Origin: Bdellovibrionota bacterium
Lineage (GTDB): Bacteria > Bdellovibrionota > FAC87 > UBA2466
Reading direction: 5' to 3'
DNA: 56,588 nucleotides
NCBI GenBank assembly: GCA_041736915.1
Contig: JBGSST010000238.1
Coordinates: 1 to 56,588 of the forward strand
The notes beneath the pieces are model-generated. The model did not search any database and was not told the DNA's origin. It worked only from the letters and a program-made list of their open reading frames with translations. Positions 42,186 to 51,733 of the stretch are shown here, piece by piece. Positions within the stretch are counted from its first letter, which is position 1. Each line of letters begins with the position of its first letter. Position numbers and translations under genes: made by a program.

Positions 42186-44462
42186 TTATTGGGTTAGCTC
42201 TTCGATGTACGCCGAGCAAAGCAGGTCGGTATCCGGAATCTGGGGCTTCTCGGATTTACCTAACAGCAGAGGCTTCTTGCCCCCTTCGGAGGGGTTTAGC
42301 ACCAGCGCGCCAACGTTATCGAAGTGATAGAAGTACACTTGCCGAGCGGTGGCGACGGTGGCCGCCTTAGACAGCCGTTCGATCGTGATCGCCACGTGAC
42401 TTAGCTCGGCACGGTATTTTTCCATCGCCGCGACGAGCCGGGCCAATTTTTCGACTAGTCCCGCGATTAGGCTCTCGGTGGCGGACTGTTGCTGCAAGGC
42501 CTGCTTCAGCTCGGAGCGGTTAGTCGCCAAGCTTTGGGCTACGGACTGAGCGGTCGACTGAAGACCCGACAGGAACTCCGACTCTTTGGCTTGCCGTGCG
42601 GTGAGCTCGTTCACGATCATCGCCAGCTTCTGTTTGGCCGAACTGGCGGCCTGATTCTGGGCCTGGGCTTCGGTCAGTGACTGCGACTCCATCGCCAGTT
42701 TCTTGGCGACTTCGTTACTCTTCGTTTCCCATTCAGAAACTCGGGCTTCCGAATTTTTTTCTTCAACCTTAAGGTTGTTGAGTTCCACCACGTAGTTATT
42801 GCGTTTACCCAGAGCTAGCGTGAGAGCCTCTTTGGCCTTTTCGAGCCGGTGTTTGCGATTTCCGAACCAGTCCCAGCCCGTCTCTTTCTTGATGGCTTCG
42901 ACCTTTTGGGTCAGCACACGGATCTCGGCATCACTGTTCGTTATCTTGAGCTGCCGGTCCGCTAACTGCGCTCTGATCTGGGAAAGGACTTTTCGCTCCA
43001 GCTTTAGCGAGTTTTCGACCCGCGCTAGTTCCGAAGTCAGTGCCTTTACCTTGAGACTTAGCTCGTTCACCGAAGCGATCCACTTCGACTCGGTCTGGGT
43101 GGCTAGTTTCAGTTCGTTGGTCGTTTTTTCCAACCGTTGATTGAGTTCGGCCAGCGAAGCCTTCTTTTCGGTAACCGAATCATTCAGGCCGGTAAGCTGA
43201 ATTTCCTGCCGCGCAATCTTTTCTTGCAGCTGGTGCACCGCTTTCTTCACCGTCTCGAGTTCGAGGGTGGCGGCTTTGTGCTTTGCCTCACTCGTTACTT
43301 TATCAACCTCGGCCTGGGCCAGCCGCCCTTTGACCTCGGTCTGTTTGGCCTCTAGCGGGACAATCTTCTTTTTGGCGGCTTCGTCAATCCACTTGAAGAA
43401 GTCGGCCCGGGCAATCGCTTCGACCCCTTTGCCTCCATCATTGCGGCATTCGAAGTATTCGGGCTGAAACGTCATTAGTTTGCTCGCGGTCGTTTCAAAG
43501 TGCATCAGCTCGCCGTAGGTCGCCGACGGCGCGCGCTCATTCCGCCACTCGTGCCAGGCGTATCGGTTCAAGTCCAGCGACAACGCGTGGTTTTCGCGGG
43601 TAAAGGTGCCGATGAAGTCGCTTTGAAAGTCTTTGCCGTGGCAAATCACTTTGCTTTGAAGATTCGAATCGATTCCCTCTTCGTAGGTTCCGTTGCCATT
43701 TACATCGGTCCACGTTGAAAGTCTGACGGCCTTGGCACCGCAGCTCGGTTCTTTTGCGATCTCCTCCAGTTGGAAGGCGGACGAGGTTCCATTCTTGCCA
43801 TCGCAAATCGCCTGCTCCTGATAATTGGTGTCGACATTCGCATCGTATTTTTGGTTCCGATCGACATCGATGAAGCTCTTGATGAGGGTGGCGGCCGCTG
43901 GACATGCGGGGTGTTTGGCGACCTTCTCCGACGTGGTAAAGGGGGTGCTGCCGTCTTTACCGTTACAGGTTGTGAACTCAACGACCGCGCTGTCGCTATC
44001 TTTCTGGAAAACGCCGTCTTTGTTTTTGTCGATCCAGAGTTCGAGTTTAAATCCGCCATACGCGCAGACCTTGATGTCGGTCTTGGATAGCAGGTATCCC
44101 AACTGGGTGTTTTTGTCGGTGGCGAGGGCAATGGTGCCGGCCTTTACCGAACTATTTTGCGGCTTGTTCTCCTCGCCGCAAAATCGATGCTCGACGCGAT
44201 CTTGATCTAGCTCAGGATCGTATTGTCCATCGAGAGTGACGTCGTTCCAAAAGGCCAGTTTCGAGCATTTTTCGTTTTCTTCATTCACCGCGCGAAACTG
44301 AAAAGATCGGCTAATGAGTTTGATCTCGGCCTGCGTTTGGGGCTCGGTTTTTGATTCCTGACCGGCTAATCCGCCGTTGGTTGACGAGTTCGAAGTGGGA
44401 GCGACTTTCCCACATGCGCCCAAGAGCAACAAAAGGGGAAGGTAATGCACAATTTTTTTCAA
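42186..44462 (-). CDS. Coiled-coil lipoprotein with four Ca-binding-like D-x-[DN]-x-[DN]-G modules
   Basis: AAGGAG-N6-TTG start at 44462. Lipobox LLLLGAC. Modules DKNKDGVFQKDSDS..C.GKDG, DVDRNQKYDANVDT..CDGKNG and DVNGNGTYEEGIDS..CHGKD. About 350 aa of heptad-rich sequence (QLTGLNDSVTEKKASLAELNQRLEK...). Confidence 0.75.
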   Translation of the reverse strand: MKKIVHYLPLLLLLGACGKVAPTSNSSTNGGLAGQESKTEPQTQAEIKLISRSFQFRAVNEENEKCSKLAFWNDVTLDGQYDPELDQDRVEHRFCGEENKPQNSSVKAGTIALATDKNTQLGYLLSKTDIKVCAYGGFKLELWIDKNKDGVFQKDSDSAVVEFTTCNGKDGSTPFTTSEKVAKHPACPAAATLIKSFIDVDRNQKYDANVDTNYQEQAICDGKNGTSSAFQLEEIAKEPSCGAKAVRLSTWTDVNGNGTYEEGIDSNLQSKVICHGKDFQSDFIGTFTRENHALSLDLNRYAWHEWRNERAPSATYGELMHFETTASKLMTFQPEYFECRNDGGKGVEAIARADFFKWIDEAAKKKIVPLEAKQTEVKGRLAQAEVDKVTSEAKHKAATLELETVKKAVHQLQEKIARQEIQLTGLNDSVTEKKASLAELNQRLEKTTNELKLATQTESKWIASVNELSLKVKALTSELARVENSLKLERKVLSQIRAQLADRQLKITNSDAEIRVLTQKVEAIKKETGWDWFGNRKHRLEKAKEALTLALGKRNNYVVELNNLKVEEKNSEARVSEWETKSNEVAKKLAMESQSLTEAQAQNQAASSAKQKLAMIVNELTARQAKESEFLSGLQSTAQSVAQSLATNRSELKQALQQQSATESLIAGLVEKLARLVAAMEKYRAELSHVAITIERLSKAATVATARQVYFYHFDNVGALVLNPSEGGKKPLLLGKSEKPQIPDTDLLCSAYIEELTQ

Positions 44463-44488
44463 CGTGATCTCCTTAAAATGAGTTTGAA

Positions 44489-45028
44489 CTATAAGAGAGC
44501 GTCGCGGCACTCCTCGTCAATTTGGGGAGATCGATCGCGTTTGCAATCGGCGAACACGACCGTGACTCGAACTTCGATTGGTTGATTGCGAAAAGGTTCT
44601 CCGCGCTTGCGAGCTTCTCTCGAAAACAGAATTTTGAACTCCCGACTCAAGTTTTGCGCCAGACGGTGGGGGTTGGAGGGAAAGTCCGATTTTAGCGAGA
44701 ACTCAAACTCGGTTTTCGGTTTCGGGTCGAGTTCCCTAAGAATGGCGGATTGGGATCTTGCGGAGGTCGCTTTCGAAATCCTCACCAACGCGAGAAAGAT
44801 CCGGGTTTTTTCTAAAGACCACCCGCACCGCTCGGCAATCTCGTGGGCCTTGCTTTCGGCGAGGTTACGTTTCCCACGCAGTACTTGGCAGAAGTAGGAG
44901 GCGGAGAGATCCAGGTCGCGGGCGAGAGCGCGCATCGAGTAGTGGGGATTGCGCGACATGCGCTCGCATAGCTCGTTGCTCAATAGGCGACGATAGTCCC
45001 CTTCCGACTGAATCAGGTCCAAGTCCAC
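44489..45028 (-). CDS. HTH protein resembling the TIGR02147 family (Fibrobacter/Bdellovibrio paralogous family)
   Basis: DYRRLLSNEL...NPHYSMRALARDLDLSASYFCQVLRGKRNLAESKAHEIAERCGWSLEKTRIFLALV matches the family N-terminal pattern as I remember it. Shorter than typical members. Confidence 0.6.
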   Translation of the reverse strand: MDLDLIQSEGDYRRLLSNELCERMSRNPHYSMRALARDLDLSASYFCQVLRGKRNLAESKAHEIAERCGWSLEKTRIFLALVRISKATSARSQSAILRELDPKPKTEFEFSLKSDFPSNPHRLAQNLSREFKILFSREARKRGEPFRNQPIEVRVTVVFADCKRDRSPQIDEECRDALL

Positions 45029-45097
45029 CCTTACTGATTCGAAGGGTTAGGCTAGTTGCGTCAAAGGGTTTCAAAAATTTGATACTAGTGACTAAAA

Positions 45098-45727
45098 CTA
45101 GGCAGGATAAGTTTCGACTAAAGTGAATATGGCGCGCTTGAGCCGAGGGTAGTCGGTCATGGGGGCGCCTTTTTTATTGCTGGAAATAAAGTTGGTGAGG
45201 TGCCCAATCAGGATATCCCGGATGAGCTTGGCGAGCTCCCGTTCCCGACGGCTCGGGGTTCCTTTTTTGCCGAAGTGGAGAATATCGGCGATACGTGCCT
45301 CGCCGACTTCGCGAATGCTCCGATTGAGCGCGGTAAATCCTTCGTCCACGATACCGTAGTAGTGCAATAGCGCCATGACGGGCGGGTGGTGCGGGTACTC
45401 GCTCATCCAGCGGAACAACGATTCCAGATAGGCTTCGAGGCATTCGGCGGCGTTTTTTTTATTTACGACCGCGTTGAGCACCAGTTGCTGTCCCTGGGAG
45501 ATGACCTCTTTCACCGCGGCCAGAATGAGGTCCGTTTTCTGAGGGTAATAATAAACCACGTGCGATCGGCGCAGGCCGGTGACCTTGGCGATCTGGAAGG
45601 CGCTTAAGCTCTCGGCCCCTTGGGTAGAAAGAATGGATAAAGTGGCATCCACGATCTTTTGCCGGGTTTTGCCCTCGTTGAGTTCACCCAAGTGTTGATG
45701 CTTTCGAACTACCCCTTTTCGAGCCAT
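45098..45727 (-). CDS. TetR/AcrR family transcriptional regulator
   Basis: HTH KIVDATLSILSTQGAESLSAFQIAKVTGLRRSHVVYYYPQKTDLILAAV. Confidence 0.85.
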   Translation of the reverse strand: MARKGVVRKHQHLGELNEGKTRQKIVDATLSILSTQGAESLSAFQIAKVTGLRRSHVVYYYPQKTDLILAAVKEVISQGQQLVLNAVVNKKNAAECLEAYLESLFRWMSEYPHHPPVMALLHYYGIVDEGFTALNRSIREVGEARIADILHFGKKGTPSRRERELAKLIRDILIGHLTNFISSNKKGAPMTDYPRLKRAIFTLVETYPA

Positions 45728-45749
45728 GTTGACGCTTCCTAATTGAGGT

Positions 45750-47042
45750 TTATAGCGCCTGCACTACGAGCCGCTCATTCGCTACATCGATCGCGCGCGC
45801 GCGGATCACCCGTTTGGTCTCACCGTTCTCGAGGGCGACGAGGGTTGGGGCGTAGTTCTCGGTGTGGCCGGTCCAAAAACCCGGGCGCTTGGTCGAGGGT
45901 TTTTCGAGCAGCACCGTGAACTCTTTACCCACCTGCGCGGCGAGAAACTCGTTGTGGCGCGCTTCACTCAAAAGGCGCAGCGCCTCCGAGCGGCGGGCAA
46001 TCTCCTGCGGCGTCACTTTGCCTTCGAGACCGACGGCTTTCGTGCCTTCGCGTTCGGAGTACGAGAACACGTGTAGCTTCGTCCAGAAGCTCCGCTTCAG
46101 CAGATCGTACGTCACCTGAAATTCCGTTTCGTCCTCGCCGGGAAAGCCCACGATCACGTCCACGCCGATGAACATGTGGGGCATCGCCGCTTGCAGCTTG
46201 GTGGCGACCTCTTCGTACTCTTTTGCTTTGTAGATCCGGCGCATGCCGGCCAGCACCTTGTCGCTACCCGCCTGAATGGCGATGTGCATGTGCGGGCAAA
46301 GGCGCTTGGGGTGATCTTTAAACAGCTGAATCATCTCGTCGGGAATCTCGAACGGGTCCAGCGTGCTCACGCGGATACGCGGGGCCGAGGGCAGGGCTAC
46401 GATCTCTTTCAATAGCGCCATCAAATCGGTTCCGCGATCCCAGCCATAGTGGGCGATGTGGATGCCGGTGATGACGACCTCTTCAAAACCTTCTTTGTGC
46501 GCGTCGAGGATCTGTCCCAGTACGTCCCCCATCGGCAGACTGCGGCTGCGGCCGCGCGCGGCGGGGATGATGCAAAAGCTACAGTTGAAGTTGCAGCCGT
46601 CTTGAATCTTGATCGGCGCACGGGCGTTGCGCGAGCCGGGAAACTTTTCGGGAAGGTAGCCCAACGGCTTTTGCACCTGATCGCGGTCTACTTCGAGCCC
46701 TTCCCATTTTTTGGAGAAGAGGTCCAGCACGCGGGCCTTCTCCGCGGTGCCCAGCACGAAGTCGACCTGGGTCATGTGCAGCAGATCGTCTTTGGCGACC
46801 TGCGCGTAGCAGCCCACTACGCTGATCAAAGCGTTGGGGTTCTTGCGGCGATACCGCATTACCTGCGATCGCGCGTCGCGATCCGCGTGGTGGGTGACCG
46901 TGCAGCTATTGATCACGTACGCGTCGGCGGCCTGGTCTTCGGCGACCACGTCGAAGCCACGGCGAATCGCTTCTTGATAAAGCGAGTCGGTATCCACCGC
47001 GTTGGCCTTGCAGCCAAAAGTTTTGAACGCGATCTTCTTCAC
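45750..47042 (-). CDS. mtaB: tRNA (t6A37) methylthiotransferase MtaB-like radical SAM enzyme
   Basis: UPF0004 N-domain KIAFKTFGCKANAVDT. Radical SAM motif IKIQDGCNFNCSFCIIP. C-terminal TRAM-like domain. GTG start at 47042 overlaps the mnmA stop. The track extension to 47336 is an artefact. Confidence 0.85.
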   Translation of the reverse strand: MKKIAFKTFGCKANAVDTDSLYQEAIRRGFDVVAEDQAADAYVINSCTVTHHADRDARSQVMRYRRKNPNALISVVGCYAQVAKDDLLHMTQVDFVLGTAEKARVLDLFSKKWEGLEVDRDQVQKPLGYLPEKFPGSRNARAPIKIQDGCNFNCSFCIIPAARGRSRSLPMGDVLGQILDAHKEGFEEVVITGIHIAHYGWDRGTDLMALLKEIVALPSAPRIRVSTLDPFEIPDEMIQLFKDHPKRLCPHMHIAIQAGSDKVLAGMRRIYKAKEYEEVATKLQAAMPHMFIGVDVIVGFPGEDETEFQVTYDLLKRSFWTKLHVFSYSEREGTKAVGLEGKVTPQEIARRSEALRLLSEARHNEFLAAQVGKEFTVLLEKPSTKRPGFWTGHTENYAPTLVALENGETKRVIRARAIDVANERLVVQAL

Positions 47043-48220
47043 GCGTGCGCCTCGGACGACAAGCTGGGGCGCCCGGGCAGCGTGACCGGCTGGTGCGCCG
47101 TCTCGGCCGTTTCGATCCAGCCGCCGCCCAGCACGCGATTGCCGTCGTAAAGCACCAGCGCCTGACCGGGCGTAATCGCCCGCTGCGGCACTTCGAACTT
47201 CACGTTCCAAAGTCCATCTTCGCGCGGCTCCACCGTAACGGGGGTGGCCTGGGCGCGGTAACGGATTTTTCCCTGTAACGGGCGGCCGCTCACCGTGGTG
47301 GGATCGATCAGCCAGTTGAACTCTTTCGCCAAACAATCGTTACGGAACAAGGCGCTTTCGGGCCCCACGATCACGGAGTTGCTTTCGGCATCGAGCCGCA
47401 CCACGAACTGCGCTTCCAGCGACTGAATGCCCAAACCTTTGCGCTGCCCCACGGTGTAACGGTGAAGGCCGGTGTGCTGGCCTAGGTACTTGCCAGTTAC
47501 ATCGACCACCGGACCGCCTTTGAGCCACGTCTTGGGCGCTTCTTGCTCGACGAACTCGGTGTAGCTCTTCGACTGCACGAAGCAAACGTCTTGGCTATCG
47601 GGCTTCATCGCGGTGGCGAGCCCCAGCTTTTCGGCCATGGCGCGCACTTCCGGCTTACGCATGCTGCCCACGGGAAACAACGTGCGCGCGAGATCTTTCT
47701 GCTTCAGCGTGAACAGGAAATAGCTCTGATCCTTCTCCGGATCGGCGCCCGTGATGAGCGCGGGGCCGTCGGCCCGGTTCACCACCTGGGCATAGTGACC
47801 CGTAGCGAGAAAGTCCGCACCGAGATCCAGAGCCCAGTCCATCAGCGTGTGAAACTTCACCGTCTCGTTACAGCGCACGCACGGGTTCGGCGTGCGCCCC
47901 TTGGCGTACTCTTCCACGAAGTTTTCGATGACCCCTTTGCGGAACTCGGCCTCCATGTTCGAGAGGTAAAACGGAATGTCCAGCTTGCGCGCCACGCGCC
48001 GGGCGTCGTTCAAATCTTCTAACGAGCAACATGTTCCAAACTTACTATTTGCACTTTTTGGTTCGGTCGCGGGAGTCTTCTGGGCAAAATCATGGAGCTG
48101 CAAGCTGATGCCGATGACCTCGTGCCCTTGCTCTTTCAGAATGCCGGCGGCCACCGAGCTATCCACGCCACCGCTCATGGCGACGACGACTCTGGCTTTT
48201 TTGTTTGGCGCTTCGGTCAT
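47039..48220 (-). CDS. mnmA: tRNA 2-thiouridine(34) synthase MnmA
   Basis: PP-loop VVVAMSGGVDSSVAA, CCS..D, PNPCVRCN, DQSYFL. Confidence 0.92.
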   Translation of the reverse strand: MTEAPNKKARVVVAMSGGVDSSVAAGILKEQGHEVIGISLQLHDFAQKTPATEPKSANSKFGTCCSLEDLNDARRVARKLDIPFYLSNMEAEFRKGVIENFVEEYAKGRTPNPCVRCNETVKFHTLMDWALDLGADFLATGHYAQVVNRADGPALITGADPEKDQSYFLFTLKQKDLARTLFPVGSMRKPEVRAMAEKLGLATAMKPDSQDVCFVQSKSYTEFVEQEAPKTWLKGGPVVDVTGKYLGQHTGLHRYTVGQRKGLGIQSLEAQFVVRLDAESNSVIVGPESALFRNDCLAKEFNWLIDPTTVSGRPLQGKIRYRAQATPVTVEPREDGLWNVKFEVPQRAITPGQALVLYDGNRVLGGGWIETAETAHQPVTLPGRPSLSSEAHA

Positions 48221-49353
48221 GCTCTTCTTCTCTCACGGATGCGGGACACGTGGCTAGCCACCAGCCCCGCGGCTTTGATAACTTCGTCTTCAGTCGTTAG
48301 CGATCCCCAGCTGAACCGAACGCACTCGCGGGCGTGGGCTTCGGACAGCCCCATGGCCAAGAGCACCGGGCTGGGTTTGAGCGATCCGGCCGAGCAGGCC
48401 GATCCGGCGGAAACGTAAAGGCCATCGAGGTCTAATGCGCTCAACAGCACTTCCGACGACACTCCGGGAAAACGAAGATTCGACGTGTTCGGAGTCCGCT
48501 TAGCGGCGCCGCCGATGACCGAGAAGTCTTCAAGCCGTTCGGACAGCACCCGCTCGAAGGTGTCCCGAAGGGCGCCGACCCGTTCTGCGCAGTCCGGCTT
48601 CAAGGCCGAGCAAGCTCCGGCAAACCCGCTAATCCCGACGAGATTCTCCGTGCCGCCGCGCCGTTTGGTTTCCTGGGGGCCACCAAAGTGGGTGCGGTCC
48701 ATCTGCAGCCCCTCGCGGATGAGCAACGCGCCGGCCCCCTTTGGCCCCTGAATTTTGTGGGCGGAGACCGAAACCAGGTCGGCTCCGTTCCAAAACGCCG
48801 GTGATACCTTACCCAGCGCTTGCACGGCATCGGTGTGCACGATGATGCCGCGGGCGCGGGCCTCGCGAACCACCTCGGGAATCGGCAACAGCACGCCGGT
48901 TTCATTATTCGCCGTCATCAAGGAGACGAGATGCGGCTTGAATTCATCGAGCTTCGCCAAAAAATCGATCCAATCGAGCTCCCCGGTGGGAAGCACCTTC
49001 ACCATGTCGAAGGCTCCGCCGAGCCGGTTTAGCCCCGCTAGGGTTCCGCGGATGCTGGAATGCTCGATGGGGGAGGTTAGAATGCGCAGGCCGGGACGGC
49101 TTAGGGCCATGCCCCAAAGGGCCATGGTGTTGGCTTCGCTGCCGCCCGAGGTAAAGACCACATCTTTTAGGTTTCGCTCACAGGCTTTGGCGACCAGCGT
49201 GCGGGCCTCATCCAATAGCCCCCGGGCCTCTTGCCCAAGTCGGTGCGTGGAGGAAGGATTTCCCCATGATTCCATGGCTTTAAGCATCCACTGCTTCGCC
49301 TCGGGGCTGGGCTGAGTGGTGCCGTTATAGTCGGCGTATATGGCGCGGGGCAT
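48217..49353 (-). CDS. Cysteine desulfurase (NifS/IscS class V aminotransferase)
   Basis: IYADYNGTT, FTSGGSEAN, PLP-lysine context SAHKIQGPKGAGAL, and SAGSACS active-site Cys loop. ATG at 49353. A 4-nt overlap with mnmA. Confidence 0.9.
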   Translation of the reverse strand: MPRAIYADYNGTTQPSPEAKQWMLKAMESWGNPSSTHRLGQEARGLLDEARTLVAKACERNLKDVVFTSGGSEANTMALWGMALSRPGLRILTSPIEHSSIRGTLAGLNRLGGAFDMVKVLPTGELDWIDFLAKLDEFKPHLVSLMTANNETGVLLPIPEVVREARARGIIVHTDAVQALGKVSPAFWNGADLVSVSAHKIQGPKGAGALLIREGLQMDRTHFGGPQETKRRGGTENLVGISGFAGACSALKPDCAERVGALRDTFERVLSERLEDFSVIGGAAKRTPNTSNLRFPGVSSEVLLSALDLDGLYVSAGSACSAGSLKPSPVLLAMGLSEAHARECVRFSWGSLTTEDEVIKAAGLVASHVSRIRERRRA

Positions 49354-49464
49354 AGAGGGGAAGGTTTTAGCGGAAATCTTCTTTAATCTCCACCTTATCG
49401 CGCACGAAGGTTCCGGACCTGTGTCATTTACTACCCACATCCTGTGTGAAAGAATCCCGGGTTC

Positions 49465-51729
49465 ATGCCACCTTTAGAACCCGGAGAATTAGTCCGCCGA
49501 CGACGCGACCGCATCATGGCGTTCGTCGTGGTGTCTCTGCTGGTTGGCCTGACCATCGTCGAGGTGCACCTGCTTCGGGTGGCCACCTCGCTGCCGTTCG
49601 TGAACAGCATCTTTTTCTTTGGCCTGATGAACCTGAACATCGTGCTGATCATGGTTCTGCTGTTTCTGGTTTTCAGAAACGGCGTGAAGCTGATCCTGGA
49701 TGAACGGGCCGGCCTCTTCGGCTCGCGGTTACGTACGCGGCTGGTGTTTTCCTTTTTGCTGTTCGCCTTGGTCCCCACCATTTTGCTTTTTTCGATCTCC
49801 GCCTTCTACATCAAGAGCAGCTTCGATAAGTGGTTCAGTATCAAAATCGGCGGCACCCTAGAGCGCAGTATCGACGTCGTTAAGACCTATTACGAAACGT
49901 CGAAGGGCAACGCCACCCACTTCGCCAACAAGATTGCGGGTCAGCTGCCGGCCAAGCCGGTCGACAAAACCAAGCTCGAATCGATGCTGGAGAAAATGCG
50001 GTCGGACTACGGCCTCGACGCGGTGGAGTTTTATGACGGTCCGCTGGCCGATCGCGTGCTGGCCATCTCCAACGAAAAACGCGACCGCGTGCCGGCCGCG
50101 CCGCTAGAGACTTTGCAGGCGGTCTTCGCGGGGCAAGACCAGTGCCGCGTGCAGCACGTGGGCAACGGCGAACTGGTCCGGTGCGGCGCCCATCTGCCGC
50201 AGAGGGCGGGGGTGGTGATCGTGGATCACTTCATTCCGCTAGCGCTGGCTTCCAACCTGAGCCTCATCCACCTGTCGTACAAAGATTTTCAAACGTCGAA
50301 CCCGCTCAACTACCCGATCAAATCGACCTACTTCGCCATCCTGTCGATGGTGACGTTGCTGATTTTGTTCTGCGCCCTATGGACGGGTTTTTACGTGGCC
50401 CGCCGCCTAACCGTTCCCTTAGAGGACCTCGTACGCGGCACGGAAGCCGTCGCCAGTGGCAACCTCGACTACCGTCTGTCGCCGGCCGGAGGTGCTGAGC
50501 TGACCAAGCTGATGCACTCGTTCAACGACATGACGAGCGACCTGCAAAAGCACAAGCGCGACATCGAAGCGACGACGCACCATCTGCGCAAGATGAACGA
50601 CGAGCTGGACAACCGCCGCCGTTACATCGAAGTGCTGCTCGAAAGCGTGCAGTCCGGCGTGATCTCCCTCGACGAGGCCGGAAAAATTTCGATGGTGAAC
50701 CCCGCGGCCGCCAAGCTGCTGCGCACCTCTACCCACGAGCTTCTCGGTAAGCCGTATCTGGCCATCATTCCGAAAGAGCACCGCGCTGAGTTCCGCGAGC
50801 TGCTAGCCTCGCTGCACGACACGGCCAAGCCCGTGCGCCGCGAGATTCGCCTGCAGCATCCGCGCAACGAACGGCTCGCGTTGCTGGTTACTCTCAGCGT
50901 GCTACGCGACGAAAAGAAACGGCGCCTCGGCATGGTGGCCGTGCTCGACGACGTAACCGACATTCAGAAGATGGAGCGTATGTTCGCGTGGCGCGAAGTG
51001 GCCAAACGTATCGCCCACGAGATCAAAAACCCGCTCACCCCAATTCAGCTTTCGGTCGAGCGCCTGCGGCGCCGTTACCTCGACAAGATCAACGACGACG
51101 GAATTTTCGAACAGGCTACCGGCATCATTCTCACGGAAGTGGATGCGTTGAAGAACCTGGTGAGCGAGTTCTCCAACTTTGCCCGGCTGCCCGAGATTAA
51201 GACGGAACCGGAAGACCTAAACGAGATCGTGTCCGAGTCGGTGTCTCTGTTCCGCGCGGCCCACGAGCGGGTCACGTTCACGCTGGAGTACGACGACTCT
51301 ATCGGCCGGCTCCAGGTCGACCGCTCGGCCCTGAAGCGGGCACTCATCAATCTCTTTGATAACGCGGTGTCCGCATTGTCCGGCAGCGGTGAGGTTTCCA
51401 TCAAAACGTTCTTCGATCGCACGGCCGGATTCATCCGCGTGGAGGTCGCCGATCAGGGCTGCGGCATCCCCGAAGGGGCCTATAACCAGCTTTTTGAGCC
51501 GTACTTCTCCACCAAAGCCGGGGGAACGGGACTGGGATTGGCCATTTTGCAGCGTATCATTGCCGACCATGGCGGGTTCGTACGGGCTCACCCCAACGAG
51601 CCGCAAGGTACTAAATTTGTTATTGAATTACCGGAGCGTCTTAGGGTTTTCACCGACCCGATGGACATTGGGCTCAAAGCCCGGGGAATGGCTGGCGGAC
51701 CGAACCCCTCTGGGGTAGGAATGGCATAA
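49465..51729 (+). CDS. Sensor histidine kinase, NtrY-like (TM-HAMP-PAS-HisKA-HATPase)
   Basis: Several N-terminal TM segments, a HAMP-like RRLTVPLEDLVRGTEAVASGNLDYRL, H-box AHEIKNPLTPIQLS, N-box LFDNAV, and G-boxes DQGCGI and GGTGLGLAI. Confidence 0.85.
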   Translation: MPPLEPGELVRRRRDRIMAFVVVSLLVGLTIVEVHLLRVATSLPFVNSIFFFGLMNLNIVLIMVLLFLVFRNGVKLILDERAGLFGSRLRTRLVFSFLLFALVPTILLFSISAFYIKSSFDKWFSIKIGGTLERSIDVVKTYYETSKGNATHFANKIAGQLPAKPVDKTKLESMLEKMRSDYGLDAVEFYDGPLADRVLAISNEKRDRVPAAPLETLQAVFAGQDQCRVQHVGNGELVRCGAHLPQRAGVVIVDHFIPLALASNLSLIHLSYKDFQTSNPLNYPIKSTYFAILSMVTLLILFCALWTGFYVARRLTVPLEDLVRGTEAVASGNLDYRLSPAGGAELTKLMHSFNDMTSDLQKHKRDIEATTHHLRKMNDELDNRRRYIEVLLESVQSGVISLDEAGKISMVNPAAAKLLRTSTHELLGKPYLAIIPKEHRAEFRELLASLHDTAKPVRREIRLQHPRNERLALLVTLSVLRDEKKRRLGMVAVLDDVTDIQKMERMFAWREVAKRIAHEIKNPLTPIQLSVERLRRRYLDKINDDGIFEQATGIILTEVDALKNLVSEFSNFARLPEIKTEPEDLNEIVSESVSLFRAAHERVTFTLEYDDSIGRLQVDRSALKRALINLFDNAVSALSGSGEVSIKTFFDRTAGFIRVEVADQGCGIPEGAYNQLFEPYFSTKAGGTGLGLAILQRIIADHGGFVRAHPNEPQGTKFVIELPERLRVFTDPMDIGLKARGMAGGPNPSGVGMA

Positions 51730-51733
51730 CACT

